Origin: Chloroflexota bacterium
Lineage (GTDB): Bacteria > Chloroflexota > Anaerolineae > Anaerolineales > UBA4823
Direction: 5' to 3'
Assembly (NCBI GenBank): GCA_029265355.1
Contig: JAJUJL010000005.1
Location: forward strand, 18,208 to 82,207
Length of the DNA stretch: 64,000 bases
The translations under genes were made by a program, and so were the position numbers. Below the pieces are notes generated by a model. It was not told where the DNA came from, searched no databases, and was given only the letters and a program-made list of their open reading frames with translations. The first letter of the stretch is position 1; each line of letters starts with the position of its first letter. Positions 1-10,086 of this stretch are shown piece by piece.

Positions 1-115
1 TATCGGTGAAATCCGACTGCAATTCGCCAAAGATGGCTCAGTAAAGGGTTTTGTCTTACACAGTTGGGGCGTCATTGGCCTGAAATTCAAGAAGCGGATG
101 AGTTCTTAGCATTCA

Positions 116-1558
116 TCATGGCGCCAAACCCAGCAATCTGGCCGCGCTGGCGGTCAGAAAGGTCACCAGGAAGGCCAACCCCAGCGGCATCAGCGCACCG
201 AACGCCGCCCACTTGCGGCTGTTGGTTTCCTTGTATATGGTCAGGATGGTGGTGGCGCACGGGTTATGCAGCAGCGAGAAGAGCATCAGGTTCACCGCGG
301 TGAGCATACTCCAGCCGTGCGAGCCAACCAACAGCGTGCGCAGCCCCTCCAGCGAGGGGATATCGGTCATCATACCCGTGCCCATGTAGACCATCATCAT
401 GGTCGGTACCACGATTTCGTTGGCCGGTATGGCAATGATATAAGCCAGCAGGATGACGCCGTCCAATCCGATCAGGCCTCCCAGGGGGTTCAGGAAATTA
501 GCGATGTGCTGCGCCAAACTGACGCCCGCCACATTGATGTTGCCCAAGACCCAGATGACCGCTCCGGCGGGCGCGGCGGTGCCCATGGCGCGCAGTAATA
601 CGAAGATGGTGCGATCAATCAGCGAGGTGTACAGGATGCGCCCAATATTCGGCACTCGGTAGGGAGGCAACTCCAGGGTGAAAGCTGAAGCCTCGCCTTT
701 GAGCAGTGTCCGCGACAGCGCCCAGGAGACCACCAGGGTGAAGAAGACGCCAATCAACACGACCAATACTACAGAGCCGGCTGCCGCCAGCGAGGCAAAC
801 AGCGGCGGAAAGGCGGCGGCGACAAACACGGTTGCCAGCATAATCAGGGTCGGGAAGCGCCCGTTGCACGGCACGAAGTTGTTGGTCAGTATGGCGATCA
901 GCCGCTCGCGCGGCGAGTCGATCACCCGGGTAGCGATTACGCCAGCGGCGTTGCAGCCAAAGCCCATCGCCATGGTCAGTGACTGCTTGCCGTGCGCGCC
1001 GGCGCGCTTGAAGAGCCAGTCCAGGTTGAAAGCCACCCGCGGCAGGTAGCCCAGGTCCTCCAGAATGGTGAACATGGGGAAGAAGATGGCCATGGGCGGT
1101 AACATGACGCTGACCACCCAGGCCAGGCCGCGGTACACGCCGTGCCACAGGAAGCCGGTGATCCACCACGGGATGCCGATAGTAGTGAACAGCGCCGCTG
1201 CCTGCTCCTCGACCCAGAACAGGGCATCAGCCAGCATTTTGGATGGCACATTGGCGCCTACGATAGTCAGCCAGAAGACGGCTGCCAGCATGAGCAACAT
1301 GATCGGCAGACCGAAGATAGGCGAGGTGACCAGCCGGTCGATGCGCTGGTCGAGGTCATAGCGCGCTTCGCCTTTGGCGTGCACCGCCCGGCGAGCGATG
1401 GTTTCCGCCTCGGCATACAACGATTTAACGATTTCATCACGGAAATTGTCGCCCAGTTTCGGACGCAGCGCTTCCACCCGCGCCAGCAGATCCTGCGGGC
1501 TGAGTGGGCTTTCTGTCTGGCTTTGCGATGGATGTGTAGGATTAGAGAGAGTCATCAT
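116..1558 (-). CDS. feoB: Ferrous iron transporter FeoB, membrane (permease) half, encoded separately from the GTPase half
   Basis: 480-aa multi-pass hydrophobic ORF. The N-terminal segment (YDLDQRIDRLVTSPIFGLPIMLLML) and later gate-like hydrophobic repeats look like the FeoB region that follows the G/helical domains. It starts 15 nt after the stop of the G-domain ORF, with its own ATGATG and an upstream GGTGGTG. Confidence 0.85.
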   Translation of the reverse strand: MMTLSNPTHPSQSQTESPLSPQDLLARVEALRPKLGDNFRDEIVKSLYAEAETIARRAVHAKGEARYDLDQRIDRLVTSPIFGLPIMLLMLAAVFWLTIVGANVPSKMLADALFWVEEQAAALFTTIGIPWWITGFLWHGVYRGLAWVVSVMLPPMAIFFPMFTILEDLGYLPRVAFNLDWLFKRAGAHGKQSLTMAMGFGCNAAGVIATRVIDSPRERLIAILTNNFVPCNGRFPTLIMLATVFVAAAFPPLFASLAAAGSVVLVVLIGVFFTLVVSWALSRTLLKGEASAFTLELPPYRVPNIGRILYTSLIDRTIFVLLRAMGTAAPAGAVIWVLGNINVAGVSLAQHIANFLNPLGGLIGLDGVILLAYIIAIPANEIVVPTMMMVYMGTGMMTDIPSLEGLRTLLVGSHGWSMLTAVNLMLFSLLHNPCATTILTIYKETNSRKWAAFGALMPLGLAFLVTFLTASAARLLGLAP

Positions 1559-1573
1559 GCACCACCATTAAGT

Positions 1574-2422
1574 CTATTGGCGCCCTTCCAGGGCAATCTT
1601 GCCGCTGAAGCGGGTATCCTGGCGACGCTGGGCGCTGGTCAACTCGACCAACTCGCCGCTGAGCAGCGCTTGCTGTACGCGGGCGTCGCCGTCCAACAGG
1701 CGAATGGCAATCCAGCGTGGGTTGGGCACCGACGGCGCAAGCTGCTGAATGTAAGGCACCAGCTCATCCACCGCCCGCTGGAACTCCGCTGTGCCGCGCA
1801 CCTGGCGCGGCTGGGTAAGGATTTCGCCGCTGATCACACCATCGATCGTAGTCAGCAAGGTTTGCAAGCCTTCACCGGAGCGGGCAGTGACCGGAATAGC
1901 CGGCACGCCCAGGTCGCGCGATAGGCTGCGCGTGTCCACCTCGATGCCTTTGCGGCGGGCCTCGTCCATTAAGTTCACCGCTACCACTACTTTATCGGTG
2001 ATTTCCATCACCTGCAACACCAGGTTGAGGTTGCGCTCCAGGGCGGTGGCGTCGGTGACCACCACAGTGCAATCGGGCTGCCCGAACAAGATGAAGTTGC
2101 GCGCCACTTCTTCATCCTGCGAGGCGGAGAGCAGCGAGTAGGTGCCAGGCAGGTCAACCAGCTTGTAGCGGACATGGTTGAACTCGTAGCCGCCTTCGGC
2201 GCGGGTGACAGTCTTGCCGGGCCAATTGCCGGTGTGCTGTTTCAGGCCGGTCAGGGCATTGAACAGGGTGGATTTTCCAGTATTGGGATTGCCCGCCAGC
2301 GCCACCACCCGGTCGAAATTGTCGATTTTCAAGCCCATCTGCGCCAGTTGGGCGTTCGCCGGACAGGTTTCGCAAGGACTCTGCTCAATTTTTAACGCCA
2401 CCATCTTTCGTTCGCTCATCAA
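1574..2422 (-). CDS. feoB: FeoB N-terminal GTPase (G-domain plus helical domain) protein
   Basis: 282-aa ORF with G1 GNPNTGKST, G3 DLPGTYS and G4 NLMD motifs. It ends before any transmembrane segment. Confidence 0.9.
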   Translation of the reverse strand: MMSERKMVALKIEQSPCETCPANAQLAQMGLKIDNFDRVVALAGNPNTGKSTLFNALTGLKQHTGNWPGKTVTRAEGGYEFNHVRYKLVDLPGTYSLLSASQDEEVARNFILFGQPDCTVVVTDATALERNLNLVLQVMEITDKVVVAVNLMDEARRKGIEVDTRSLSRDLGVPAIPVTARSGEGLQTLLTTIDGVISGEILTQPRQVRGTAEFQRAVDELVPYIQQLAPSVPNPRWIAIRLLDGDARVQQALLSGELVELTSAQRRQDTRFSGKIALEGRQ

Positions 2423-2445
2423 AATACCTCCATCATGAAATAATC

Positions 2446-3462
2446 TCAGTTCAGCGGGCGCACCCAGATCTGGTCGGCCTGCTCTTTGCGCAAGGCGATC
2501 AAGGTGCCGCGCACACGATAGGCGCGCGGATCGCCGAAGAAATTGCGCATTTCCGGCTGCAGACGCGCCCCGGGGGTCATACCCAGGTCCAACAGACGGC
2601 GCCGGGTGTAGCCCTGGCAGGCTTCATCCAACGCTACTACCTCGGCCACAGTATCATCAGGCAGTTCGGAGAGCGGCATGCTGCCGTTGCCGGCCGCCTG
2701 AGTATCAGGGATCGGTTCCAGGAAAACATTGGCCGCTACCGCCGGCGCCAGGCGAAATTCGTTTTCACCATCGGACAGCACGATGCGCTGCGGACTGGCC
2801 TCCAGGACACGCACCACCTGCCCCAGGCGCAACCCCTCCGCCAGAATCTGAGCATAAGCCAATGGGGGTTCGTCCTCCAAATGGATGATGCGTCCGGGCG
2901 TCTCGCCTTTCCAGGCGGTGAGCGGCATGCCCTGCGCGACAGCCACTTGCCCGTCGCGGCCGGGAATGGGATCGCCATGTGGATCCTGGCGGGGGTATCC
3001 CAGGGCAGCTTCCAACTCATTGAGCTGTTCAGCCGTCAGGCGATGCTCGCGACGCTCAGCCTCGCGGTGCACCTGGTTGAGCGGCAGGCGCGCCTCGGTT
3101 GCCAGGTAGCTTTCCCACAGGCGGTGGGCGCGCACGATGTGCATGGCCCAGCGCTCGCCCTCAGCGGTGAGGTGCAGCCCGCCATCCTGCGAGATGATCA
3201 GTCCCTGCGACTCCATGCGCGTGATCAGCCGCAGCACGTCTGAGCCAGACAGGTGCATGGCGCCGGCCAGCGCTTCCGGCGCGGCGTGGCGCCCACTCTG
3301 TTCTTGCTTGAGCAGATATTTGAGGGCATCTTCGACCAGTTCGCGTTGCCCGCTGCGGCTGTTCATGCGCCAGCGCGCCAGCACGCCTCGCTGCGGATGA
3401 AAAACGGCTGCCAGCAACAGCGCCAGCAACAAACCCCAGAAAATGACCGGTAAGAAATTCAT
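2446..3462 (-). CDS. Membrane-anchored DtxR-like protein with two C-terminal FeoA/SH3-like domains
   Basis: N-terminal hydrophobic helix (MNFLPVIFWGLLLALLLAAVF). Next comes a wHTH plus dimerisation region paralogous to the adjacent DtxR (HRLWESYLA, VHREAERREH, DPHGDPIPG). Two SH3-like segments follow; the last (RRRLLDLGMTPGARL) is FeoA-like. Its start overlaps the upstream dtxR stop by 4 nt (ATGA). Confidence 0.75.
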   Translation of the reverse strand: MNFLPVIFWGLLLALLLAAVFHPQRGVLARWRMNSRSGQRELVEDALKYLLKQEQSGRHAAPEALAGAMHLSGSDVLRLITRMESQGLIISQDGGLHLTAEGERWAMHIVRAHRLWESYLATEARLPLNQVHREAERREHRLTAEQLNELEAALGYPRQDPHGDPIPGRDGQVAVAQGMPLTAWKGETPGRIIHLEDEPPLAYAQILAEGLRLGQVVRVLEASPQRIVLSDGENEFRLAPAVAANVFLEPIPDTQAAGNGSMPLSELPDDTVAEVVALDEACQGYTRRRLLDLGMTPGARLQPEMRNFFGDPRAYRVRGTLIALRKEQADQIWVRPLN

Positions 3463-4127
3463 AGCACCTCCACATAGATCTGGCGAGTAACCCGCGGGCC
3501 AAGCACCACTACATGTGCGCCCACCTGCAGGCTGAGATTGTCATCGAAACAGGAGCGTTCCAGAACAGTCAATTCGGCCCGCGGTACCAGCCCCACTGAA
3601 TACAGGTAGCGCAGCAGGTCGGCGTCATCATCTTCCACACGCTCCACCCGGGCGCTCTGCCCGCTCTGGAGCTGGTCCAGGCTGAGCGTGGAATGGGGCG
3701 GCAGTATCAGCTCACGGGTTGGGATGGGTTGCCCATGCGGGTCCACCTGCGGTTCGCCCAGCCGCTGGGCAATGCGCTCCTCCATCTCCTCGGAAATGAC
3801 ATGCTCCAGGCGATCGGCCTCGCCATGCACCTCATCCCAGCCGTAGCCCAGAGTTTCGTGCAGGAAAAGCTCCAACAGGCGGTGATGGCGGATGATCTCC
3901 AGCGCCACCTGGCGACCAGCAGGGGTGAGCTCAACGCCGTGGTGCTTACGATACTCCAGCAACGGGGGCTCATTGGCTGCCAGGCGCTTGAGCATGCCAG
4001 TGACCGAAGCCGGGGCGACGCCCATGCGCTCTGCAATCGCATTGGTGGAAGCGCGTGGCTGCTCCAGGGTCAGCTCAAAGATGATTTTGAGGTAATCCTC
4101 TATGGCGTGGGTAAGATTTTCGCGCAT
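3459..4127 (-). CDS. DtxR/MntR-family metal-dependent transcriptional repressor
   Basis: 222-aa ORF with N-terminal HTH (IEDYLKIIFEL...), metal-site block HHRLLELFL...VHGEADRLEH, DPHGQPIP, and a C-terminal SH3/FeoA-like domain. Confidence 0.9.
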   Translation of the reverse strand: MRENLTHAIEDYLKIIFELTLEQPRASTNAIAERMGVAPASVTGMLKRLAANEPPLLEYRKHHGVELTPAGRQVALEIIRHHRLLELFLHETLGYGWDEVHGEADRLEHVISEEMEERIAQRLGEPQVDPHGQPIPTRELILPPHSTLSLDQLQSGQSARVERVEDDDADLLRYLYSVGLVPRAELTVLERSCFDDNLSLQVGAHVVVLGPRVTRQIYVEVL

Positions 4128-4147
4128 CGGTTTCTGTGCCAGAAGAA

Positions 4148-4167
4148 AATTTAGGGTTAACTAAATT
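4148..4167. promoter_or_regulatory. Candidate DtxR/MntR-family operator
   Basis: Palindrome AATTTAG-N6-CTAAATT in an AT-rich island. It lies immediately downstream of the predicted -10 of the dtxR-feo promoter. Confidence 0.45.
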
Positions 4168-4169
4168 AT

Positions 4170-4197
4170 ATTTTAGTCAATTAGATATAGCTGTCAA
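4170..4197 (-). promoter_or_regulatory. Sigma-70-type promoter of the dtxR-feo operon
   Basis: On the minus strand: TTGACA, 16 nt, TAAAAT. Confidence 0.5.
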
Positions 4198-4229
4198 GAG
4201 GCAAAACAAGCAGATAAATCCGATCTGGG

Positions 4230-4258
4230 TTGACAACTTGCCATTCGTTTCATAAAAT
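4230..4258 (+). promoter_or_regulatory. Sigma-70-type promoter of acs
   Basis: TTGACA, 17 nt, TAAAAT. Confidence 0.5.
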
Positions 4259-4333
4259 GACTGCTACTTATCGCCGTCGATCGCAGCCCGTCACCGCCAC
4301 CAAAAAAATATCTTCACGCCAAAGGAGAGACGC

Positions 4334-6241
4334 ATGAATCAGCCAGCCAATCGCAACAACAGCCTGGAAGGCGAGGTGTTTTATCCGCCCGAGGAGATCG
4401 TTGCCAACGCCAATATCCAGGATTTCGATGCTTTGTATCGCTACTCGATAGAAGATCCACAAGGGTTTTGGGCCGATCGCGCCGCAGAGCTGGATTGGTT
4501 CCAAAAGTGGGAGAAGGTGCTGGATGACAGCCACCCGCCCTTCTTCAAGTGGTTCGTGGGCGGCAAGGTGAACATCGTGCACAATGCCCTGGATCGCCAC
4601 ATGAAGACCTGGCGCAAGAACAAGCTGGCGCTGATCTGGGAAGGCGAACCCGGCGACCAGCGCACCTTCTCCTACCACGCTCTCAACCGGGAGGTGTGCA
4701 AGTTCGCCAACGTGCTGCGCAGCATGGGCGTGCGTAAGGGCGACATTGTCACCATCTACCTGCCGCGCATCCCGGAGCAGGTGATCGCCATGCTGGCGTG
4801 CGCCAAGATCGGCGCCCCCCACAGCGTGGTGTACGGCGGCTTCAGCGTGGAAGCGCTGGCGGAGCGCATCGAAGACGCTCAGAGCCGGGTGTTAGTCACC
4901 GCCGATGGCGGCTGGCTGCGCGGCAAGATCGTCGGGCTGAAAGATATCGTGGACGAGGCCATCTCTCGGCAACCCACCATCGAGTCGTGCATCGTGGTCA
5001 AGCGCACCGGGCAGGAGATTTACATGGAAGCTGGGCGCGACTATTGGTACCACGACCTGATGAGCCTGCCCATCGCCAGCCCGCTGTGTTACACCGAGCC
5101 GGTCGACGCCGAAGACCCGCTGTTCATCCTCTACACCTCCGGCACCACCGGGCGGCCCAAAGGTGTGGTGCACACCCACGGCGGCTACATGGTCTACACC
5201 TACACCACGTTGAAATATGTCTTCGATATCAAAGATGAAGACCGCTACTGGTGCGCGGCCGACCCGGGTTGGATCACCGGGCACAGCTATATTGTCTACG
5301 CCCCGCTGTTGACCGGCGCCACCAGCTTCATGTACGAGGGCGCGCCGAACTACCCTTACCCCAATCGCTGGTGGCGGCTGATCGAGAACTACGGCATCAC
5401 TATCCTATACACAGCGCCAACCGCCATCCGCGGACTGATGCGTTTCGGAGAGGCCTGGCCTAACCGCCACGACCTGAGCAGCCTGCGCCTGCTGGGCAGC
5501 GTCGGCGAGCCGATCAATCCCGAAGCCTGGAAGTGGTACTACAACGTGATTGGAAAGGGACGCTGCCCGATCATGGACACCTGGTGGCAAACCGAAACTG
5601 GCGGCTTCATGATCTCGCCGGTGCCAAGCACCCCGCTTAAACCTGGCTCGGCGACCAGGCCGCTGTTCGGCATCGAAGCCGACGTGGTCGACGAGAGCGG
5701 CAGGCCGGTGCCCGCAGGGGAGGAAGGCTACTTGGTGATCAAGAAGCCCTGGCCCGGTATGCTGCGCACCATCCTCAAAGACCCCGAACGCTACAAGACC
5801 CAGTACTGGGGCAAGTTCGGCAACATGTACCAGGCTGGCGACTCAGCCCGCAAAGACAAGGACGGCTACATCTGGGTGATCGGGCGCATGGACGACGTGA
5901 TCAAGGTGTCTGGCTACCGGTTGGGCACCGCCGAGGTAGAATCCTCGCTGGTCAGCCACCCAGCGGTGGCAGAGGCGGCAGCCATCGGCTTGCCCCACGA
6001 GCTGAAGGGCAATGCCATCCACGCCTACGTCATCCTGCGCGCCGGCTACGAGAAGAGCGACAAATTGGCTGAAGAGCTGCGCAACCACGTGGCGCACGAG
6101 ATGGGTCCGATCGCCAGGCCAGAAGACATCACCTTCGTGGATAATCTACCCAAAACCCGGTCGGGCAAGATTATGCGCCGCCTGCTGCGCGCCCGGGCGC
6201 TGGGTCAGCCGGAGGGCGATATCAGCACGCTGGAGGAGTAA
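4334..6241 (+). CDS. acs: Acetyl-CoA synthetase (acetate--CoA ligase)
   Basis: 635-aa ORF with the AMP-binding motif [19 protein letters not shown] and C-terminal [19 protein letters not shown] Shine-Dalgarno sequence upstream. Confidence 0.95.
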   Translation: MNQPANRNNSLEGEVFYPPEEIVANANIQDFDALYRYSIEDPQGFWADRAAELDWFQKWEKVLDDSHPPFFKWFVGGKVNIVHNALDRHMKTWRKNKLALIWEGEPGDQRTFSYHALNREVCKFANVLRSMGVRKGDIVTIYLPRIPEQVIAMLACAKIGAPHSVVYGGFSVEALAERIEDAQSRVLVTADGGWLRGKIVGLKDIVDEAISRQPTIESCIVVKRTGQEIYMEAGRDYWYHDLMSLPIASPLCYTEPVDAEDPLFILYTSGTTGRPKGVVHTHGGYMVYTYTTLKYVFDIKDEDRYWCAADPGWITGHSYIVYAPLLTGATSFMYEGAPNYPYPNRWWRLIENYGITILYTAPTAIRGLMRFGEAWPNRHDLSSLRLLGSVGEPINPEAWKWYYNVIGKGRCPIMDTWWQTETGGFMISPVPSTPLKPGSATRPLFGIEADVVDESGRPVPAGEEGYLVIKKPWPGMLRTILKDPERYKTQYWGKFGNMYQAGDSARKDKDGYIWVIGRMDDVIKVSGYRLGTAEVESSLVSHPAVAEAAAIGLPHELKGNAIHAYVILRAGYEKSDKLAEELRNHVAHEMGPIARPEDITFVDNLPKTRSGKIMRRLLRARALGQPEGDISTLEE

Positions 6242-6254
6242 TATCCAATGATGG

Positions 6255-6292
6255 CGACATCCCCCGGTGAAGAGCCGGGGGATGTCGATTCT
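6255..6292 (+). terminator. Intrinsic terminator after acs
   Basis: 13-bp stem CGACATCCCCCGG / CCGGGGGATGTCG with a 7-nt loop, followed by ATTCT. Confidence 0.65.
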
Positions 6293-6469
6293 ATGAGTTG
6301 TCCATGTACACAGGTCAAAGTAATTAACACCGGTGCGAATATTAGAGACGTCACTGCTTTTCTTGCAGGATCGCCAATGTAAAGACCCTGCCCACCAGGG
6401 TTCAGGCGTGTTAAAATCACTTCGATTTGTGGCCGAGTGGAATGCTGCCATTCAGCCGGGAGTGCGTGC

Positions 6470-7369
6470 ATGGCTGAGAACATCGTCAAAGTGCTGCTGG
6501 TCGAAGACAATCACGACTACGCCTGGATGCTGCGCTTGATCTTGAACCAGGTCGCTCCTAACCGCTATGAGCTGGTTCATAACGAGCGCCTGTCCGAGGC
6601 GCTGCAATCCCTGCAGCAGCAGCAATACGATGTGATCCTGCTGGACCTGTCCCTGCCTGATAGCCGCGGCTTCATCACTTTCTCCCAGCTCTACGAACAC
6701 GCTGCCCATATCCCGATCGTGGTGATGACCGCCATGAACGACAAAGAGCTGGCGTTGCGAGCAGTGCGCGCCGGGGCACAGGACTACCTGGTAAAGGGTG
6801 AGATGGATGTCAACCGCCTGGTGCAGGCCATGCAGTATGCCGTCGAACGACACCAGATGGTCGAAAACCTGCGCCGCCTATCCTTGCTAGATGAACTGAC
6901 GGGGCTGTTGAACCGGCGCGGTTTCCTGACGCTGGCCGACCAGCAAATGAAAATCGCCCAGCGCTCGAGCCGGCCGCTGATGCTCTTTTTTGCCGACCTG
7001 GACGGCTTGAAGCTGATCAACGATCAGTGCGGGCACGCCGAAGGCGACCGGGCGCTGAAGCGCGTGGCAGCCGTCCTGCGCGAGACCTTCCGCTCATCGG
7101 ACTTAATTGCCCGGCTGGGGGGCGATGAGTTCACCGTGTTGGCGATCGACGCCCCGCTCAGCAACGAAGAAACGATGCGGGCGCGCCTGTACGAAGTGCT
7201 CGAGCGTCACAACCAGGCGGACGGCGGCGTTGCGATCTCGCTCAGCCTGGGTGTGGCGCGCTACGACGCCCAACACGCTGGCATCGATCTGGTAGAGCTC
7301 ATGGCGCGCGCCGACCAGGAACTGTACGAGGATAAAGCCCGTAAACGGAGCGGCCCGAGCGAGCCATGA
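6470..7369 (+). CDS. Response regulator with GGDEF diguanylate cyclase output domain
   Basis: Receiver domain (VLLVEDN..., DVILLDLSLPD) followed by a GGDEF domain (RLGGDEF) with RSSD (RxxD) five residues upstream. Start chosen at the ATG preceded by GGGAG; the ORF extends upstream to 6437. Confidence 0.9.
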   Translation: MAENIVKVLLVEDNHDYAWMLRLILNQVAPNRYELVHNERLSEALQSLQQQQYDVILLDLSLPDSRGFITFSQLYEHAAHIPIVVMTAMNDKELALRAVRAGAQDYLVKGEMDVNRLVQAMQYAVERHQMVENLRRLSLLDELTGLLNRRGFLTLADQQMKIAQRSSRPLMLFFADLDGLKLINDQCGHAEGDRALKRVAAVLRETFRSSDLIARLGGDEFTVLAIDAPLSNEETMRARLYEVLERHNQADGGVAISLSLGVARYDAQHAGIDLVELMARADQELYEDKARKRSGPSEP

Positions 7370-7959
7370 ACCAGGCATTGCGAACGCTGTGCGTGTATTG
7401 CGGTTCGTCAGATCGCGTCCACCCGGACTATTTGCAGGCTGCCCGGGAGATGGGCGCCGCAGCGGCGCGACGCGGCCTGGAGATCGTTTACGGCGCTGGC
7501 AGCACCGGGTTGATGGGCGCACTGGCAAACGGTGCGATCGAGGCCGGCGGGCGGGTGATTGGCGTCATCCCGGGTTATTTCAACACACCCCAATTGGCAC
7601 ACAATGGCCTGGCGCGCCTGGAGGTGGTGGACACCATTCACACTCGCAAGGCGCGCCTGGTTGAGCTGGGAGATGCCTTCATCGCCTTACCGGGCGGTTA
7701 TGGCACCTTCGAGGAATTCTTCGAGGTGCTCACCTGGTCGCAGATCGGCCTGCATGCCAAGCCGATCGGACTGCTCAACGTGCGCGGCTATTTCACACCC
7801 CTTTTGGAGATGGTTGAACACGCCCGTCGAGAGGGCTTCATCTATGACGAGCATCGGGCGCTGTTCAGCGCCTGTGATGACCCCGAGACCCTGCTCGACG
7901 CGCTGAGCAACCACCAGCACCCGCATGGGTTGGAGCGCTGGCTGAGCCGAGAGGATTAG
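7366..7959 (+). CDS. LOG-family (TIGR00730-like) nucleotide phosphoribohydrolase
   Basis: 197-aa ORF with the PGGYGTFEE motif and Rossmann-like layout. Its ATG overlaps the stop of the GGDEF gene (ATGA). Confidence 0.85.
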   Translation: MNQALRTLCVYCGSSDRVHPDYLQAAREMGAAAARRGLEIVYGAGSTGLMGALANGAIEAGGRVIGVIPGYFNTPQLAHNGLARLEVVDTIHTRKARLVELGDAFIALPGGYGTFEEFFEVLTWSQIGLHAKPIGLLNVRGYFTPLLEMVEHARREGFIYDEHRALFSACDDPETLLDALSNHQHPHGLERWLSRED

Positions 7960-7968
7960 CCGCGGAAA

Positions 7969-8934
7969 TTAAACGGGGTTCACAGCAAGGCGACTGGCCT
8001 TCAGCGCGACCCAATCCCCCATCTGGCGCGTTTCTTCCAGGCGGCAGCCTGCATTTTCCAGCGCCGCAATCACCCCCTCTTTTTGCTCTGCCAGGATACC
8101 GGACAAGATCAGCGCCCCGCCTGGCGCAACCAGCTCTGCCAGCCCATCATCCAGCAGGCGGATGATCACCGGCGCCAGGATGTTCGCCAGCACTACCGGC
8201 GCCTGGTGCAAACCAAAGGCGCCGGACTTGATTTCTTGCAGCGAGCCCAGCGCAATCTCGAAGCGCTCGCCGACCTGGTTCAGGGCCGCATTTTCCCTGG
8301 CTACCCGGATGGCTTCATCATCGATATCCACGCCCAGGGCGCGAGGCGCGCCCAGCTTGAGGGCTGCCACCGCAAGAATTCCTGAACCGCAACCGACGTC
8401 GATCACCTCGCTGCCGGAGGTTTTACCCGAATAGCAGGTTTCCAAAAGCTCCAGGCAAAGCTGGGTGGTGGGATGCGTGCCAGTGCCAAAGGCCATGCCC
8501 GGATCGATGCGCACCGCGATGCGCTCCGGCTGCGGCGATTCCAGCCAGGAGGGCACGATGATCAAGCGCTTCCCAATGGCTACCGGGCGGTAGTGCTGCT
8601 TCCAGGCTTGCGACCAGTCCTGCTGCTGCACGTTGCGAAATTGCGGCGCTGGCATGGGAAGGATGCGACCGAGGTAATACAACCCTTCCTCGATGGCGCG
8701 GCGTTTCTCTTCCAGTGTATCGTCTACGGGCAAGAAAGCATAGACGCGCAGTGGACCAACCGGGTGACCTTCGCTGTCGTCATCGTTGGCCGCCACCGCC
8801 GTCGACTCGATCACCACGCCGCCTGGAGCATGCCGCGAGAGCACTTCAGCGATCGCTTCGGCTTGCTCGCCATCCACTACCAGGGAAATTTCCAGCCAGC
8901 TCTCTTCGGCCAACTCAGCCGCCTCCCAGGGCAT
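7969..8934 (-). CDS. prmA: Ribosomal protein L11 methyltransferase
   Basis: [13 protein letters not shown] and SAM-binding [10 protein letters not shown] motifs. Lies downstream of dnaJ as in many bacteria. Confidence 0.9.
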   Translation of the reverse strand: MPWEAAELAEESWLEISLVVDGEQAEAIAEVLSRHAPGGVVIESTAVAANDDDSEGHPVGPLRVYAFLPVDDTLEEKRRAIEEGLYYLGRILPMPAPQFRNVQQQDWSQAWKQHYRPVAIGKRLIIVPSWLESPQPERIAVRIDPGMAFGTGTHPTTQLCLELLETCYSGKTSGSEVIDVGCGSGILAVAALKLGAPRALGVDIDDEAIRVARENAALNQVGERFEIALGSLQEIKSGAFGLHQAPVVLANILAPVIIRLLDDGLAELVAPGGALILSGILAEQKEGVIAALENAGCRLEETRQMGDWVALKASRLAVNPV

Positions 8935-10048
8935 CTTTCAGCCAATCCAGGAAGCCGCGCTCCTGCGGGTGAACTTCGCTCCCCAGGCTCTTCGCCAGTT
9001 GTTCGAAGAGCTGGCGCTGCTCATTGGTCAAACGGGTAGGGATAGAGACGTTGACCACCACGTGCTGGTCGCCGCGCCCGCTGCCGCGCAGTTGCGGCAC
9101 GCCTTTGCCGCGCAGGGTTAGAACTTTGCCGGGCTGCGTCCCGGGAGGAATCTTGAGGCTGGTTGGGCCATCGACTGTCGGCACCTCCACCTCAGCGCCC
9201 AGGGCGGCCTGCGCCACATTGATATCCAGATCAAGCAAGATATCCTGGTCACGACGCCGGAAGAATTTATGCGGGCGCACATTGATGGCAACGAACAAGT
9301 TGCCAGTAGGCCCGCCGTTCACGCCGGGCTGGCCCTCACCTGCCAGGCGGATCTGGGTGCCAGTATCCACACCTGCCGGCACACTGATGATCTTTTTGCG
9401 TGTGCGCCGCTCGCGTCCCGATCCGTTGCAGGTAATGCAAGGAGAGGCGATCACCTCGCCGGCACCGCCGCAGTTCGGGCAGGTGGATACCTGAACCATC
9501 GAACCAAGGATGGTCTGGCGCACCTGGCGCACTTCGCCCACCCCATTGCAGGTGGAACAGCGCACCGGTGTGGTGCCTGGCTTGGCGCCTGTGCCGCCGC
9601 AGGTGCTGCAGATTTCATCGCGAGTAATCTCGATCTCTTTATCTGCTCCAAAAACAGCTTCCTCGAAGGTCAGGTCGAGGCGCATCTGCAGGTCGGCGCC
9701 GCGCCGCGGGGCGTTTCGGGCGCGGCGTTGACCGCGCCCAAAACTACCAAAGCCAAACAGATCGCCGAAAATATCGGCGAAGTCGGAGAAATCTACGTTG
9801 CTGAAGTCTGGCACTCCCCCCGCTGCATTCACACCGGCGTGACCAAAGCGGTCGTATGCCTGGCGTTTTTCAGCATCGGAGAGCACAGCATAGGCCTCGT
9901 TGATCTCCTTAAAGCGCTCTTCAGCGTCCTGGTCCTTGTTGACATCCGGGTGGTATTGTCGGGCCAGTCGCCGGAAAGCCGCCTTCAGATCGTCGTTGGA
10001 GGCAGTTCGGGGAACGCCCAGTATTTCGTAGTAATCTCGCTGTGCCAT
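8915..10048 (-). CDS. dnaJ: Molecular chaperone DnaJ
   Basis: J-domain with HPD (YHPDVNKD), a G/F-rich region, and four CxxCxGxG zinc-finger repeats. Confidence 0.97.
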   Translation of the reverse strand: MAQRDYYEILGVPRTASNDDLKAAFRRLARQYHPDVNKDQDAEERFKEINEAYAVLSDAEKRQAYDRFGHAGVNAAGGVPDFSNVDFSDFADIFGDLFGFGSFGRGQRRARNAPRRGADLQMRLDLTFEEAVFGADKEIEITRDEICSTCGGTGAKPGTTPVRCSTCNGVGEVRQVRQTILGSMVQVSTCPNCGGAGEVIASPCITCNGSGRERRTRKKIISVPAGVDTGTQIRLAGEGQPGVNGGPTGNLFVAINVRPHKFFRRRDQDILLDLDINVAQAALGAEVEVPTVDGPTSLKIPPGTQPGKVLTLRGKGVPQLRGSGRGDQHVVVNVSIPTRLTNEQRQLFEQLAKSLGSEVHPQERGFLDWLKDALGGG

Positions 10049-10086
10049 ATTCTCCGCTTTGCCAGGCCGAGCTCAATCAGGCTGGC

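Noticed and set aside
1-115. Possible 3' end of a plus-strand gene at the left window edge, and likewise unassigned sequence at 63877..64000 at the right edge
   Set aside because: Too short to assign. There is no motif and no ORF in the provided track, so neither is reported as a feature.
1559-1573. FeoB split interpreted as a frameshifted pseudogene
   Set aside because: Not adopted as the primary call. The break falls exactly at the G/helical-to-membrane domain boundary. The downstream ORF has its own ATGATG with a GGTGGTG upstream, and neither ORF shows truncated or out-of-frame remnants. A sequencing or recent mutational origin cannot be excluded without comparison to relatives.
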